Source: Nostoc sp. PCC 7120 = FACHB-418 (lineage in GTDB: Bacteria > Cyanobacteriota > Cyanobacteriia > Cyanobacteriales > Nostocaceae). Taken from it: 32,000 nucleotides of DNA. Positions within the stretch are counted from its first letter, which is position 1. Every line of letters starts with the position of its first letter. The translations under genes and the position numbers were made by a program. The DNA lies in contig NC_003272.1 of the NCBI RefSeq assembly GCF_000009705.1, positions 1,470,001 to 1,502,000 on the forward strand. The letters are read 5' to 3'. Below the pieces are notes generated by a model. That model had not been told where the DNA came from. It made no database searches and was given only the letters and a program-made list of their open reading frames with translations. Positions 17,122 through 27,796 of this stretch are shown here, one piece after another.

Positions 17122-20055
17122 ATGTCTGAAAACTCTCCTACTGTAACTACAACTACTACACGCCCCACGTTCATCCTTGTAGATGGACACTCCCTGGCCT
17201 TCCGTTCATACTTTGCCTTTGCTAAAGGACGGGATGGTGGGTTGCGTACTAAGACAGGTATTCCTACCAGTGTCTGCTTTGGCTTTCTAAAGTCTTTACT
17301 GGAAGTCATGGCTACACAACAACCGCAAGCAATGGCGATCGCTTTTGATTTGGGTCTACCAACTTTCCGCCACGAAGCCGACGATACCTATAAAGCCGAT
17401 CGCCCCGGAACACCAGAGGATTTTGTCCCCGACTTAAAAAATCTCCACGAATTACTAGAAGGCTTTAACCTACCGATTTATACAGCCCCTGGTTATGAGG
17501 CTGATGATGTGCTGGGAACCTTAGCGCAAAAAGCCACCGCCGAGGGATATAAGGTGAAGATTTTGACAGGCGATCGCGATTTATTTCAACTAGTAGATCC
17601 CGAAAAAGAAATCACTGTCTTAAACTTCAGTCCCGATGCGCTCAAACGTTCTACCAACAGCATTACGGAAGTTAGCACCGAACAAGTTAAAGAAAGATTG
17701 GGTGTCTTACCTACTCAGGTTGTTGATTTTAAAGCCCTCTGTGGCGATAAATCAGATAATATTCCCGGTGTGAGAGGTATCGGGGAGAAAACCGCAGTCC
17801 AGCTACTGAGTACCTATGGTTCCCTTGATGGGGTTTACAAAGCATTAAATGAAATTAAAGGCGCGACTCAGAAAAAACTAGCAGAAGGAAAAGAAGACGC
17901 GGCTAAGTCGCAATTTTTGGCAAAGATAGTTGTAGATGTACCGTTAGAAGTTAATTTAGAAGATTGTAAGTTAGTAGGATTTGATGAAAGCCTGCTTATT
18001 CCTATTTTAGAAAAACTAGAATTTACTCGTTTCTTATCCCAAATCAACGACCTACAGCTACGTTTTGGTGGCACAGTTGTAGAAACACCAAAAACAGAAA
18101 CATCGGCGATAGAAACTACTAACTTTGAAGATGATGATATTGCTTTTTACACTGCTGAAGAAACACAAGCAATCCAACAAAATCAACCAGCTTCACCAAT
18201 TCAACCACGGATTATTAATACTGAAGCCAAACTCATAGAGTTGGTGCAGATATTACAACAATTCACCAACCCGGAAACTCCCGTTGCTTGGGACACAGAA
18301 ACTAGTGCCTTAGAACCACGGGATGCGGCTTTGGTGGGGATTGGCTGCTGCTGGGGAACTGAAACTGATGCTAGTGCTTATATTCCCCTGGCTCACACAA
18401 AAGGGGAAAATTTAAATCAGGATATTGTCCTTGCGGCGCTGCGTCCGATTTTAGAAAGTGCTGATTATCCGAAGACTTTTCAAAATGCCAAATTTGACCG
18501 TTTAGTTTTTCTAGTTCAAGGAATTAATTTAACTGGCGTTGTATTTGATCCCATGTTGGCTAGTTATGTTTTGAATCCAGATACTAGCCATAATTTAACT
18601 GACCTTACTCAGCGTTATTTGGGGTTGACAATTCAAAATTATGTAGATTTAGTTCCTAAAGGTAAAACTATCGCGGATATAAATATCTCTGCTGTAGCTA
18701 ATTATTGTTGTTTACAAGTTTATGCCACATTCCAGCTTGTAGCTAAATTGCGGGAAGAACTGGCAAAAACTCCAAATTTGGATAAATTGCTCAGGGAAGT
18801 AGAACAGCCGCTAGAATCGGTTTTAGCAACAGTAGAATATACTGGTGTCCGGATTAATTCTGCTTATCTGCATGAACTATCCCAACAATTAGAAATAGAT
18901 TTAGCTAAATTACAGGAACAAGCAACAGAACTCGCCGGAGAAAAATTTAATTTAGGTTCTCCCAAACAATTGAGTTATATATTGTTTGAAAAATTAGGAT
19001 TAAGTACTAAATATTCGCGGAAGATTCAGACTGGTTACTCTACAGATGCAGCAACTTTAGAGAAACTCCAAGAAGTTGATGACACGGGCTTTGTTAATGC
19101 CATTATTGAGTATCGTACTTTATCTAAATTAAAGTCTACTTATGTGGATGCCTTGCCAGCATTAGTACGTCCGGATACTCAACGAGTACATACAGATTTT
19201 AATCAAACAGCAACATCAACTGGTAGGCTATCTTCATCTAATCCTAATTTACAAAATATCCCCATTCGCACAGCTTTTAGTCGGCAAATTCGTAAGGCAT
19301 TTTTACCAGAATCAGGTTGGTTGATGGCGGCGGCTGATTACTCACAAATTGAGTTAAGAATTTTGGCTCATTTGAGTCAAGAACCATTATTAGTGCAGGC
19401 ATATCAGCAGAATGAAGATATTCATACAGTCACGGCTAAATTGGTTTTTGAAAAAGAGGATGTCAACTCAGATGAGCGCAGAATCGCCAAAACGATTAAT
19501 TTTGGTGTGATTTATGGCATGGGTTCTTTAAAATTTTCTCGTTCAACGGGAATAGATAAAAATGTGGCGAATGAATTTATTAAAAGATTTAACGAACGCT
19601 ACGCCAAAATATTTGCTTATTTAGAAGGGGTGAAAAAACAAGCGATATCTCTTGGTTATGTTGAGACTATACTTGGTCGGCGGCGGTATTTTGACTTTAC
19701 TAACAACAGTTTGCGTAAGTTAAAAGGTAGTAAACCTGAAGATATTGATTTAAGCAAATTAAAAAATCTCGGCCCTTATGATGCTGGGTTATTGCGATCA
19801 GCTGCTAATGCTCCTATTCAAGGTTCTAGCGCTGATATTATCAAAATTGCAATGGTGCAGATTCATGAAGTTCTCAAGAAATATCAGGCGCGGTTACTGT
19901 TACAAGTCCACGATGAATTAGTCTTTGAAGTTCCTCCCCAAGAATGGGCAGAATTACAACCACAAATTAAATCAGTAATGGAAAATGCCGTTAAGTTAAG
20001 TGTGCCTTTAGTGGTCGATGTACGTGCAGGGGAAAACTGGATGGAAACGAAGTAA
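17122..20055 (+). CDS. polA: DNA polymerase I
   Basis: 977-aa ORF. 5' nuclease motifs: LVDGHSLAFRSYFA and GDKSDNIPGVRGIGEKTA. A 3'-5' exonuclease region is present (VAWDTETSAL). Polymerase motifs A (DYSQIELRILAH), B (RRIAKTINFGVIYGM) and C (LQVHDELVFE) are all there. Confidence 0.97.
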   Translation: MSENSPTVTTTTTRPTFILVDGHSLAFRSYFAFAKGRDGGLRTKTGIPTSVCFGFLKSLLEVMATQQPQAMAIAFDLGLPTFRHEADDTYKADRPGTPEDFVPDLKNLHELLEGFNLPIYTAPGYEADDVLGTLAQKATAEGYKVKILTGDRDLFQLVDPEKEITVLNFSPDALKRSTNSITEVSTEQVKERLGVLPTQVVDFKALCGDKSDNIPGVRGIGEKTAVQLLSTYGSLDGVYKALNEIKGATQKKLAEGKEDAAKSQFLAKIVVDVPLEVNLEDCKLVGFDESLLIPILEKLEFTRFLSQINDLQLRFGGTVVETPKTETSAIETTNFEDDDIAFYTAEETQAIQQNQPASPIQPRIINTEAKLIELVQILQQFTNPETPVAWDTETSALEPRDAALVGIGCCWGTETDASAYIPLAHTKGENLNQDIVLAALRPILESADYPKTFQNAKFDRLVFLVQGINLTGVVFDPMLASYVLNPDTSHNLTDLTQRYLGLTIQNYVDLVPKGKTIADINISAVANYCCLQVYATFQLVAKLREELAKTPNLDKLLREVEQPLESVLATVEYTGVRINSAYLHELSQQLEIDLAKLQEQATELAGEKFNLGSPKQLSYILFEKLGLSTKYSRKIQTGYSTDAATLEKLQEVDDTGFVNAIIEYRTLSKLKSTYVDALPALVRPDTQRVHTDFNQTATSTGRLSSSNPNLQNIPIRTAFSRQIRKAFLPESGWLMAAADYSQIELRILAHLSQEPLLVQAYQQNEDIHTVTAKLVFEKEDVNSDERRIAKTINFGVIYGMGSLKFSRSTGIDKNVANEFIKRFNERYAKIFAYLEGVKKQAISLGYVETILGRRRYFDFTNNSLRKLKGSKPEDIDLSKLKNLGPYDAGLLRSAANAPIQGSSADIIKIAMVQIHEVLKKYQARLLLQVHDELVFEVPPQEWAELQPQIKSVMENAVKLSVPLVVDVRAGENWMETK

Positions 20056-20109
20056 TAGGTAATTGGTAATTGGTTTTAGGGAATTGTAGATTAAAAGATA
20101 ACCACAACT

Positions 20110-20179
20110 TAGGGTGCGTCAGTATGAATAATTTCTAAGTATAGTTAGGTTCTATCGCACTGACGCACCCTACCAAACC
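20110..20179. repeat. Palindromic dispersed element, copy B (same arms and tail as 12906-12975, loop inverted)
   Basis: Arm tagggtgcgtcag (20110-20122), loop 20123-20159, arm ctgacgcacccta (20160-20172), then ccaaacc. The loop matches the reverse complement of the copy A loop at 31 of 37 positions. Confidence 0.85.
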
Positions 20180-20233
20180 TATATTTATTATCATTTTCAG
20201 GTGGGGTTTAAATCCCTGTCTGAAAATATCTTT

Positions 20234-20266
20234 AATTTTGAATTTTGAATTTTGAATTTTGAATTA
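20234..20266. repeat. Heptamer tandem repeat AATTTTG, about 4.5 copies, abutting the hydrolase start codon
   Basis: Read directly: aattttg x4 followed by aatta. The ATG is at 20270. Confidence 0.9.
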
Positions 20267-20269
20267 CTT

Positions 20270-21241
20270 ATGACCATTTATAGCCCAGATACGATTAATT
20301 TTAATGGTGTGAGTGGCGATCGCTATTGGTTCGATGAACCTTTTCCTTATACTGGAGTAGCCGATATTGATGAGCGCTTAAGTGGCTTCCCTGTCGCTGT
20401 ATTTCTTCCTCATCATCGACCAAGACAAGAAACACCGCTAGTTATTGGTTTGCAAGGGATGTGTGCGCCCTATGGTTGGAATGCTTTTATTGTCCCTATA
20501 CTGATAGAAATGGGCATTGCTGTAGCTTTATTTGATCCACCATTGTCAGGGGAACGTAGTTTAGTACGCACCTCCACAACCTTAGTACAGAACGAAATTA
20601 AGCCATTGATAGACAGAGGTATTCCCTTTGATACTGCACTATTTTTATCTATCTTTCGCACCACCGCCCGTGATATTGGCAAAATCAGAGAATTTTGTGG
20701 CGATCGCTACGGACTCACTGACTCACGACTGGCATTATTTGGGGTGAGTATGGGTGTATTGCTGTCTGCATACGCTTTCACCGCTAATAGTTTAGGGGAT
20801 AGATTACTCGGAACCATTGGTCATGCTGACCTCCCATCCTTTGCTAAAAGTTGGGGTCGTCCATTTTTACCTGACCTAGCAGCCTCTCCCTTGGGTGGTT
20901 TAGCAGAATCATTATTGCAACGATTACAGCCAGATTTAGCCCCTTTATTCAACCTTTTACGATTAACCAAAAATCTCAAATACCAAGACGAATATGCTTG
21001 GGATTGCAACCCCATGAACTATATTCAACAAGTCGAGTCACACCGTCGAGTCCGTTTTCTAATTGGTGCTAATGATTCCATTGTCAAAATAAAAGATGCT
21101 CGTGCTTGCGCGCAAAAATTCCCCGATGGTGATTGTTATATCGTCCCTGGTATGGGACATGGAACTAGACAATCAGGAGTTTCGTTTGTTGATCATGTAC
21201 GCTATTTCTTAGCTACCCAATTAGGTGATTGGCGGGGGTGA
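20270..21241 (+). CDS. Alpha/beta-fold hydrolase
   Basis: The ATG at 20270 is preferred, because the track TTG at 20252 lies inside the heptamer array. Nucleophile elbow GVSMG. C-terminal PGMGHG suggests the catalytic His region. Confidence 0.7.
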   Translation: MTIYSPDTINFNGVSGDRYWFDEPFPYTGVADIDERLSGFPVAVFLPHHRPRQETPLVIGLQGMCAPYGWNAFIVPILIEMGIAVALFDPPLSGERSLVRTSTTLVQNEIKPLIDRGIPFDTALFLSIFRTTARDIGKIREFCGDRYGLTDSRLALFGVSMGVLLSAYAFTANSLGDRLLGTIGHADLPSFAKSWGRPFLPDLAASPLGGLAESLLQRLQPDLAPLFNLLRLTKNLKYQDEYAWDCNPMNYIQQVESHRRVRFLIGANDSIVKIKDARACAQKFPDGDCYIVPGMGHGTRQSGVSFVDHVRYFLATQLGDWRG

Positions 21242-21369
21242 AAGCAAAGAGCAGGGGGAGCAGGGGGAGCGAACCTCTACTGCAACACTGAGTTGAGAAA
21301 TATCGATTTTCAACAATGGATGTGAACTCATTAGTACAGGTTTGGAGTTTTGCTCTCATCTATTTTAGA

Positions 21370-22875
21370 CTAACGGCAAGATTTGCGATCGCTATCATGT
21401 TCTGGATACTGCCAAGAATAAGCAAAATGGCTCACACCCTTGAGTTTAGATGCAAATGGTCGTAGTGCCTGCATCTGTACTTCTAGGGGAGGACGATTAC
21501 TGACCGATTCTCCCCAGTTCCCCGCTAACGCCGGAATAATCTTTGTCCCTGGTTGAGCCATGCTTAAGACTCGCTGTACTTGCTCCACAATACAATTGAC
21601 ATTGCCGCAGGTAGCGTAAGACATGGGATGCCATTGTAAGGAATTAGGGAACCTATCCCAAGGTTGCAAGCGTGAATCATAACCTTGTCCTACGGTTTGA
21701 TTACCCTCAGGAAAGAAGACCACACCAGTAGGAATATTTATTTGTTTGGCTGGGTGGGTAGCTAAAGAGACAAAATCTATAATACCCTGCATGGAATGAG
21801 CGATCGCCAATAGCCACAAATCCATTTGTAAAATTGGTTGTCTGGCTGTGGGTGTCAGTAATGACTTTTGCTGTGGCGCTATAATACGACCTTGCCACAT
21901 AGGTTCACCCTCTTGAGGATAAAGTCGATCAACATCGTTGATATCTGCTGGGGTGACATAACCTTGGCTCAAAAAGCGGCGGATTAACTCCAACCCCTTC
22001 TGATTCTGCGCGCGACGAAATAAAGCGGCTTGGGTAGCCTCTGTATACAACCACAAATCTGCAACTTTAGTAGCGATAGAATTACTACCTGCTTGTCGTG
22101 GGTAACGCACATAGTCAAATAACAAACCATCTGGACGACGGCGGACTATTTCTTGCACCATGCGATAGTAGTCGCGTTTTGCTTGTTCGTTGTAGGGGTC
22201 AATGAAGACTTGAGACCCATTATCGACAACGTATAGACTAGTTTGGCCTTTACCATTGCGAGCGATCGCACCTTCCCTATCTCGCCGCAGTGCATAATTA
22301 TAACCAAAATTATTCGTATATAGCCAACCGTAGACTTTTAAACCCCGTTGTCGGCCTTTTTGAATTGCTGTAGCTAGTAAATCAACTTTTTCTGCGCCTT
22401 TTGTGCGAATTACAGACGGCCAAACTGTCGGGTTAGCAGAGGCGGGTAACAATACTCGCCCATCGTAGAATACTTCTAGATAAACTTCGTTATAGCCGCG
22501 ATTAACCATCCGATCCATAATTTGATCTATAGCCCCTGGTTTCATATCGCAAGGATATAAACGTAACCATAGAGCTTGGACGTTCGGCCATGTGCGACTA
22601 CGACATTTTTGTAATTCCTGAGCTTGTTGTTTGATTAGTCCCTGATAGCGTTTTCTGGCATCTTGATTGCCTTTGAGCGCTGATAAACGCAGCTTTTCTT
22701 TTGTTTGTGCTGCTGTTGGTGATATCTGGCAAAACTCTGTAACCTGTGCCTGGACTGGTTCTATTCCCAAATAGGGAAGTAAAAGGCTACTACTGAAAGT
22801 TGTTATTACTAGCTGTCGGCAAAGTAATCTTAGTTTCACATGACTCAAGGGACGGTTAGACATATTGGACATCAA
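21370..22875 (-). CDS. Glycoside hydrolase-like family 10 (GHL10/DUF187, YddW-like) secreted protein
   Basis: 501-aa ORF with a signal-like N-terminus. The central NEVYLEVFYDGRVLLPAS...GLKVYGWLY...FIDPYNEQAKRDYYRMVQEIVRRRPDGLLFDYVRYP matches the GHL10 pattern as I remember it. Confidence 0.65.
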   Translation of the reverse strand: MMSNMSNRPLSHVKLRLLCRQLVITTFSSSLLLPYLGIEPVQAQVTEFCQISPTAAQTKEKLRLSALKGNQDARKRYQGLIKQQAQELQKCRSRTWPNVQALWLRLYPCDMKPGAIDQIMDRMVNRGYNEVYLEVFYDGRVLLPASANPTVWPSVIRTKGAEKVDLLATAIQKGRQRGLKVYGWLYTNNFGYNYALRRDREGAIARNGKGQTSLYVVDNGSQVFIDPYNEQAKRDYYRMVQEIVRRRPDGLLFDYVRYPRQAGSNSIATKVADLWLYTEATQAALFRRAQNQKGLELIRRFLSQGYVTPADINDVDRLYPQEGEPMWQGRIIAPQQKSLLTPTARQPILQMDLWLLAIAHSMQGIIDFVSLATHPAKQINIPTGVVFFPEGNQTVGQGYDSRLQPWDRFPNSLQWHPMSYATCGNVNCIVEQVQRVLSMAQPGTKIIPALAGNWGESVSNRPPLEVQMQALRPFASKLKGVSHFAYSWQYPEHDSDRKSCR

Positions 22876-23177
22876 AAGGACAAATCAAACTTCATCCCAA
22901 TTTAGGTAACTGGGATGAATATGTATCAAATTTTATGCGCCAGAAAAAAGTTTTGCCGCTTGAATACTAAAACCTATGTTTATGTAATCAAATGTTGTAT
23001 TCTGTAAAATTATTAAAACTACCTATGCAACAACATCCTACCAACGGGATATTTGTTGGCTTAGTCAGCAATAAATATTGTAAATATCTGATAAATTTGG
23101 AATTTCCAATTCTCAATTGTTCTAGTCAAGAGCCGCTAGTTTTGACTCTTGACTGTGCAAACTAAGATAGTGGATAG

Positions 23178-23573
23178 TTAAGCACCCCGTTTTAGTGCTG
23201 ATTCTACCTGTTTGAACTCTTGCTCTAAACGACTTTTGAGCTTTTGGGGTACAGGTCGATTCGGATAAGAACTGTAGTGTCCAGCTAGAGAGTTGAGAGC
23301 TGTTCGCATAGTTGTAAATGAGTTCAGACCAGAAACAGAGTTAACCCTTTGATAGCGAGCAGAAAAATCATTGATTTTTTGCCGAGCCTCTGCTTGGAGT
23401 GCTGTTTTGTCTGGTGAATCTTCTGTTATCTCTAGAGCTTGTCTCAACGTGTTGACGACAGCCAAAGTATCTTGGCGATAATCACCTGTTAAACTATCTG
23501 GACTACCACAGCCTACTAAACCAATAGCTACAACTAGGACAAGGGCAAGCAGACGTGACCAATAGCGCTTCAT
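23178..23573 (-). CDS. psb27: Photosystem II assembly lipoprotein Psb27
   Basis: From the internal ATG: MKRYWSRLLALVLVVAIGLVGCGSPDSLTGDYRQDTLAVVNTLR...FTTMRTALNSLAGHYSSY. This is very close to known Psb27 sequences, including the lipobox Cys. Confidence 0.9.
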   Translation of the reverse strand: MKRYWSRLLALVLVVAIGLVGCGSPDSLTGDYRQDTLAVVNTLRQALEITEDSPDKTALQAEARQKINDFSARYQRVNSVSGLNSFTTMRTALNSLAGHYSSYPNRPVPQKLKSRLEQEFKQVESALKRGA

Positions 23574-23866
23574 AAGCATTATGTAAAAAAATACGTAAAT
23601 CAACGTCCATCCTATCTTGGATTGGTATCGTGGGATCAAGCTCGTGATGAGTGCCGTTAGCGTAGGGAAGCATTAGCACCTGCTAAATTACGCGTACAGC
23701 AAGCTAAAAATAATACTAATTTTCCCTAATTTTTGTAACATCCGGATGAGTATATAGGCTTACGACCGTCCCTAAAAAAATCTTGCTTGTATTCTTTTAT
23801 CAACCTGATATAAAGTTAAATATTTTTACGGGCAGACTACTTATAGAAAAGAAAACTAGAAATATC

Positions 23867-24652
23867 ATGATACTGTCTCGTCAATCTATTCTTGCTCCTT
23901 GTGTAGTCTGCTTATGTGCTTTAACCATTAGCTGGATACAATCTCCCAGACTACAAAAGTTATTGAAGAATCAACAAGACATTTCTCTAGCAACGCTGGA
24001 AACAGATATTCAAGCAGAAAACCTGAGACTCAATTTACTCAAAAAAACACCCAGTTTTGGCTACGATAACTTAATGGCTAATTGGGTATATTTAAATTTT
24101 TTACAATACTTTGGTGATGAAGAAATCAGAGCTAAAACAGGTTACAGTCTCAGTCCAGAATATTTTGAAATAATTATAGAACGTGATCCAAGATTTTTAG
24201 ACGTTTATATTAGTCTTTCCACTAGTATTTCTCTTTATGCTGCTATGCCGGAACGATCCATTGCACTCATGGAAAAAGGCTTAAAGTCCCTAAAACCTCA
24301 GCTTCCTGAAAAGTCGTATCACGTATGGCGCTTCAAAGGAATTGATGAGTTACTTTTTCTAGGAAACGCTCAAGCCGCTCAAGAGTCTTTTGCCACCGCC
24401 GCAAGCTGGGCTAGTAACTATACAGATGAAGAAAGCAAAAATACAGCCCTGACATCTTTAAGGACAGCTAATTTTTTGAAACAAAATCCTAACAGTAAAT
24501 ATGCACAAATTTCTACTTGGGCAATGATATTAAATAATCAAGTAGATGATATAACACGCAAAAGAGCGATTAGTGAAATCGAAAAATTGGGAGGAAAGTT
24601 TATTATTAGTCCTGAAGGAGTTGGTAGGATTATGTTTCCACCACAAGATTAG
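23867..24652 (+). CDS. Hypothetical helical-repeat protein with an N-terminal membrane anchor or signal
   Basis: The ATG at 23867 gives MILSRQSILAPCVVCLCALTISW, followed by a helical body (NWVYLNFLQYFGDEE...). No family recognised. The track TTG start at 23783 is less plausible. Confidence 0.55.
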   Translation: MILSRQSILAPCVVCLCALTISWIQSPRLQKLLKNQQDISLATLETDIQAENLRLNLLKKTPSFGYDNLMANWVYLNFLQYFGDEEIRAKTGYSLSPEYFEIIIERDPRFLDVYISLSTSISLYAAMPERSIALMEKGLKSLKPQLPEKSYHVWRFKGIDELLFLGNAQAAQESFATAASWASNYTDEESKNTALTSLRTANFLKQNPNSKYAQISTWAMILNNQVDDITRKRAISEIEKLGGKFIISPEGVGRIMFPPQD

Positions 24653-24690
24653 TTATTGGTAATTGCTCAATAGTTTTATTCTTCTTTGCA

Positions 24691-24746
24691 CCCCAGTCCC
24701 CAATCCCCAGTCCCCAGTCCCCAGTCCCCAATCCCCAACCCCCAAG
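24691..24746. repeat. STRR1 heptamer array CCCCAGT/CCCCAAT, 8 copies, ending at the base before the downstream ATG
   Basis: Read directly: ccccagt ccccaat ccccagt ccccagt ccccagt ccccaat ccccaac ccccaag, then atg at 24747. Confidence 0.92.
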
Positions 24747-25538
24747 ATGTTCTGGTACAACGGTAAACTAATTAATTCCCAAACCTTGGAGTTAGATATC
24801 TATGATCCTGGGTTACTTTATGGGACAACTATTTTTACAACACTGCGAGTTTATGGCCATTCTCTCGATCATACTTTAACTAATTGGCAAGCACACTGCG
24901 ATCGCCTCCACGCCTCTATCCAATCTTTTGCTTGGGAACAACCAGACTGGAATCGTATCCGCCAAGGTGCAGAAATACTTTTAACAAACTTCCCCGTTCT
25001 CAGAATCACCATCTTTCCTGATGGTAGGGAATGGATAATTGGCAGGTATTTACCCCAGAATTTATTAGGAATCCAAAAACATGGCGTATCTTGCACCATT
25101 GCTGAACCAGAAATATATCGTAGTTTGCCTTCTCATAAAACTGGTAACTATCTGAGTGCATGGATGGCTAAAACCCATGCGGCAAAGCTAGATTCACAGG
25201 AAGCAATTTTAGTGAATACCGTCGGAAATTGGCTAGAAACCACCACAGGCAACCTTTGGGGATGGCAGAATGGGACTTGGTGGACACCACCTTTAACAGA
25301 GGGAATTTTACCGGGGATTGGACGACAGCAGCTAATTCACTGGCTACAAACTCATCAACAAACGGTGCAGGAGGAACCTTGGACATCAGAGCTAGTCAAC
25401 GGTTTTGAAGCGATCGCCTACACTAATAGTGTGGTGGAAGTTATTCCCATACATACCGTTTACCAACCCACAGAATCGTTACAATATGATCCCTACCATC
25501 CACGTTTGCAGGAACTCAGAAAACTATTCTTAGCATGA
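24747..25538 (+). CDS. Class IV aminotransferase fold protein (aminodeoxychorismate lyase PabC-like)
   Basis: From the ATG at 24747: MFWYNGKL...DPGLLYGTTIFTTLRV. The catalytic-lysine context HKTGNYLSAWMA is typical of fold type IV PLP enzymes. Confidence 0.75.
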   Translation: MFWYNGKLINSQTLELDIYDPGLLYGTTIFTTLRVYGHSLDHTLTNWQAHCDRLHASIQSFAWEQPDWNRIRQGAEILLTNFPVLRITIFPDGREWIIGRYLPQNLLGIQKHGVSCTIAEPEIYRSLPSHKTGNYLSAWMAKTHAAKLDSQEAILVNTVGNWLETTTGNLWGWQNGTWWTPPLTEGILPGIGRQQLIHWLQTHQQTVQEEPWTSELVNGFEAIAYTNSVVEVIPIHTVYQPTESLQYDPYHPRLQELRKLFLA

Positions 25539-25625
25539 CAGATGTATCATTTTGGTATAGGTTAAGATAAGTTAACATAATTCTAATAATGCCCTACGCA
25601 CAAAAATACGGGAGGATAAACCTCG

Positions 25626-27467
25626 GTGAATAAAAGATGGAGAAATGCGGGGCTGTACGCGCTGCTATTTATTGTTGTAATTGCGCTTGGCACAGCTTTT
25701 TTTGAAAAACAACCCCAAAGTCGGGAATCATGGCGCTATAGCCAGTTTATTCAAGAAGTTGAAAAAGGCAGAGTAGAAAGAGTTAGTTTGAGTGCAGACC
25801 GTTCTACGGCACTGGTTACACCCAAATATGACCCTAGTAAAAAACTTGTTACTTTAGTCAACGATCCAGAATTAATTAATACTCTGACTGCAAGAGGCGT
25901 TGATATTACTGTTTTGCCACAAACCGATGAAGGATTTTGGTTCAAGGCTTTAAGCAGCTTATTTTTCCCTGTATTGCTTTTGGTGGGCTTATTCTTCTTA
26001 CTCCGTCGCGCTCAAAGTGGCCCTGGTAGCCAAGCCATGAACTTTGGCAAATCCAAAGCCAGAGTGCAAATGGAGCCACAAACCCAAGTTACCTTTGGTG
26101 ATGTTGCGGGGATTGACCAAGCAAAATTAGAACTAAACGAAGTCGTAGACTTTCTTAAAAATGCCGATCGCTTTACTGCTGTCGGTGCGAAAATTCCTAA
26201 AGGTGTATTGTTAGTAGGGCCTCCAGGTACAGGTAAAACCCTCCTAGCCCGTGCAGTAGCCGGGGAAGCTGGCGTACCTTTCTTCTCCATCTCTGGTTCT
26301 GAGTTTGTGGAAATGTTCGTTGGTGTGGGTGCGTCCCGCGTCCGCGATTTATTTGAACAAGCTAAGTCTAATGCTCCTTGTATCGTCTTCATCGATGAAA
26401 TCGACGCTGTTGGTCGTCAACGGGGTGCTGGTTTAGGTGGTGGTAACGATGAACGAGAACAAACTCTCAACCAGTTACTCACCGAAATGGATGGTTTTGA
26501 AGGTAATACCGGCATCATTATTATTGCTGCTACTAACCGTCCCGATGTACTTGATGCCGCCTTGTTGCGTCCCGGTCGTTTTGACCGTCAAGTCGTCGTT
26601 GACCGTCCCGACTACGCTGGACGTAGCGAAATTCTCAAAGTCCACGCCCGTGGTAAAACCTTGGCTAAGGATGTGGACTTGGATAAAATCGCTCGTCGTA
26701 CCCCCGGATTTACAGGTGCAGATTTATCCAACCTGCTGAACGAAGCTGCTATCTTAGCCGCACGGCGCAACCTGACCGAAATTTCGATGGACGAAATCAA
26801 CGACGCAATTGACCGCGTGTTGGCTGGGCCAGAGAAGAAAGACCGGGTAATGAGCGAAAAACGCAAAGTTTTGGTAGCTTATCACGAAGCTGGTCACGCT
26901 TTAGTTGGTGCATTGATGCCCGACTATGACCCAGTACAAAAAATCAGCATTATTCCTCGCGGACGTGCCGGTGGTTTGACTTGGTTCACCCCCAGCGAAG
27001 ACCGCATGGATACAGGCTTGTACAGCCGTGCTTATCTGGAAAATCAGATGGCCGTAGCTTTGGGTGGTCGCATCGCTGAAGAAATCATCTTTGGTGAAGA
27101 AGAAGTAACCACAGGTGCTTCCAATGACTTACAGCAAGTAGCCCGTGTAGCGCGTCAGATGATTACCCGATTTGGCATGAGCGATAAACTCGGCCCTGTC
27201 GCCCTTGGTCGTCAGCAAGGCAATATGTTCCTCGGTCGTGACATCATGTCAGAGCGCGATTTCTCGGAAGAAACAGCAGCTGCTATTGATGAAGAAGTTC
27301 ACAAATTAGTAGAAACAGCTTACACCCGTGCTAAAGAAGTGTTGGTAAATAACCGCCACATCCTCGACCAAATCGCGCAAATGCTGGTTGATAAAGAAAC
27401 CGTAGATGCCGATGAGTTGCAAGAAATTTTGGCAAATAACGACGTGAAAACCGCCGCGTTTGCCTAA
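25626..27467 (+). CDS. ftsH: ATP-dependent zinc metalloprotease FtsH
   Basis: 613-aa ORF with a GTG start and gggagga 8 nt upstream. Two N-terminal TM helices, Walker [14 protein letters not shown], Walker [10 protein letters not shown], second region of homology [19 protein letters not shown], and zinc site HEAGH. Confidence 0.97.
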   Translation: MNKRWRNAGLYALLFIVVIALGTAFFEKQPQSRESWRYSQFIQEVEKGRVERVSLSADRSTALVTPKYDPSKKLVTLVNDPELINTLTARGVDITVLPQTDEGFWFKALSSLFFPVLLLVGLFFLLRRAQSGPGSQAMNFGKSKARVQMEPQTQVTFGDVAGIDQAKLELNEVVDFLKNADRFTAVGAKIPKGVLLVGPPGTGKTLLARAVAGEAGVPFFSISGSEFVEMFVGVGASRVRDLFEQAKSNAPCIVFIDEIDAVGRQRGAGLGGGNDEREQTLNQLLTEMDGFEGNTGIIIIAATNRPDVLDAALLRPGRFDRQVVVDRPDYAGRSEILKVHARGKTLAKDVDLDKIARRTPGFTGADLSNLLNEAAILAARRNLTEISMDEINDAIDRVLAGPEKKDRVMSEKRKVLVAYHEAGHALVGALMPDYDPVQKISIIPRGRAGGLTWFTPSEDRMDTGLYSRAYLENQMAVALGGRIAEEIIFGEEEVTTGASNDLQQVARVARQMITRFGMSDKLGPVALGRQQGNMFLGRDIMSERDFSEETAAAIDEEVHKLVETAYTRAKEVLVNNRHILDQIAQMLVDKETVDADELQEILANNDVKTAAFA

Positions 27468-27490
27468 TGTCTTCTGTTAATTAAAAGCCA

Positions 27491-27528
27491 AAAAAAGGTA
27501 ACTCTGAAAACTCAGAGTTACCTTTTTT
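27491..27528. terminator. Bidirectional intrinsic terminator between ftsH and the convergent small membrane protein gene
   Basis: aaaaaaggtaactctga (27491-27507) pairs perfectly with tcagagttacctttttt (27512-27528) around the loop aaac. The A-run on one side and T-run on the other suit both strands. Confidence 0.85.
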
Positions 27529-27577
27529 ATAAACGGATTTTTCATACAAGTTCTACCTGTGAACCACTCCAAGCTGA

Positions 27578-27796
27578 TTAAACTTTAGAAGTTGGCTTCA
27601 AAAATAGCCAGGCGACGAAGAATGTAGCAGCCGTGAAAAGTTGCGTTAAATCCAATGCAGATAGATAACCATCAGCAAAGGAAGCAATACTGCGGTCAGT
27701 AATGCCAAATACCCAAGAGGAAAGGCCAAACAGCCAGATTCCATTCTTGAGGTTACCTACAAATTCTTTAGAGTCCGATTGTTGTTGGTCTTTCAT
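27578..27796 (-). CDS. Small two-TM membrane protein, unknown function
   Basis: 72-aa ORF with two hydrophobic helices (GIWLFGLSSWVFGI and LFTAATFFVAWLFL). The shared terminator lies immediately downstream. Confidence 0.5.
   Translation of the reverse strand: MKDQQQSDSKEFVGNLKNGIWLFGLSSWVFGITDRSIASFADGYLSALDLTQLFTAATFFVAWLFLKPTSKV

Noticed and set aside
23741-23746. TCCGGA (heterocyst DIF-type promoter motif) between psb27 and the divergent gene
   Set aside because: It is a single hexamer with no suitably spaced -10 element, so it is expected by chance.
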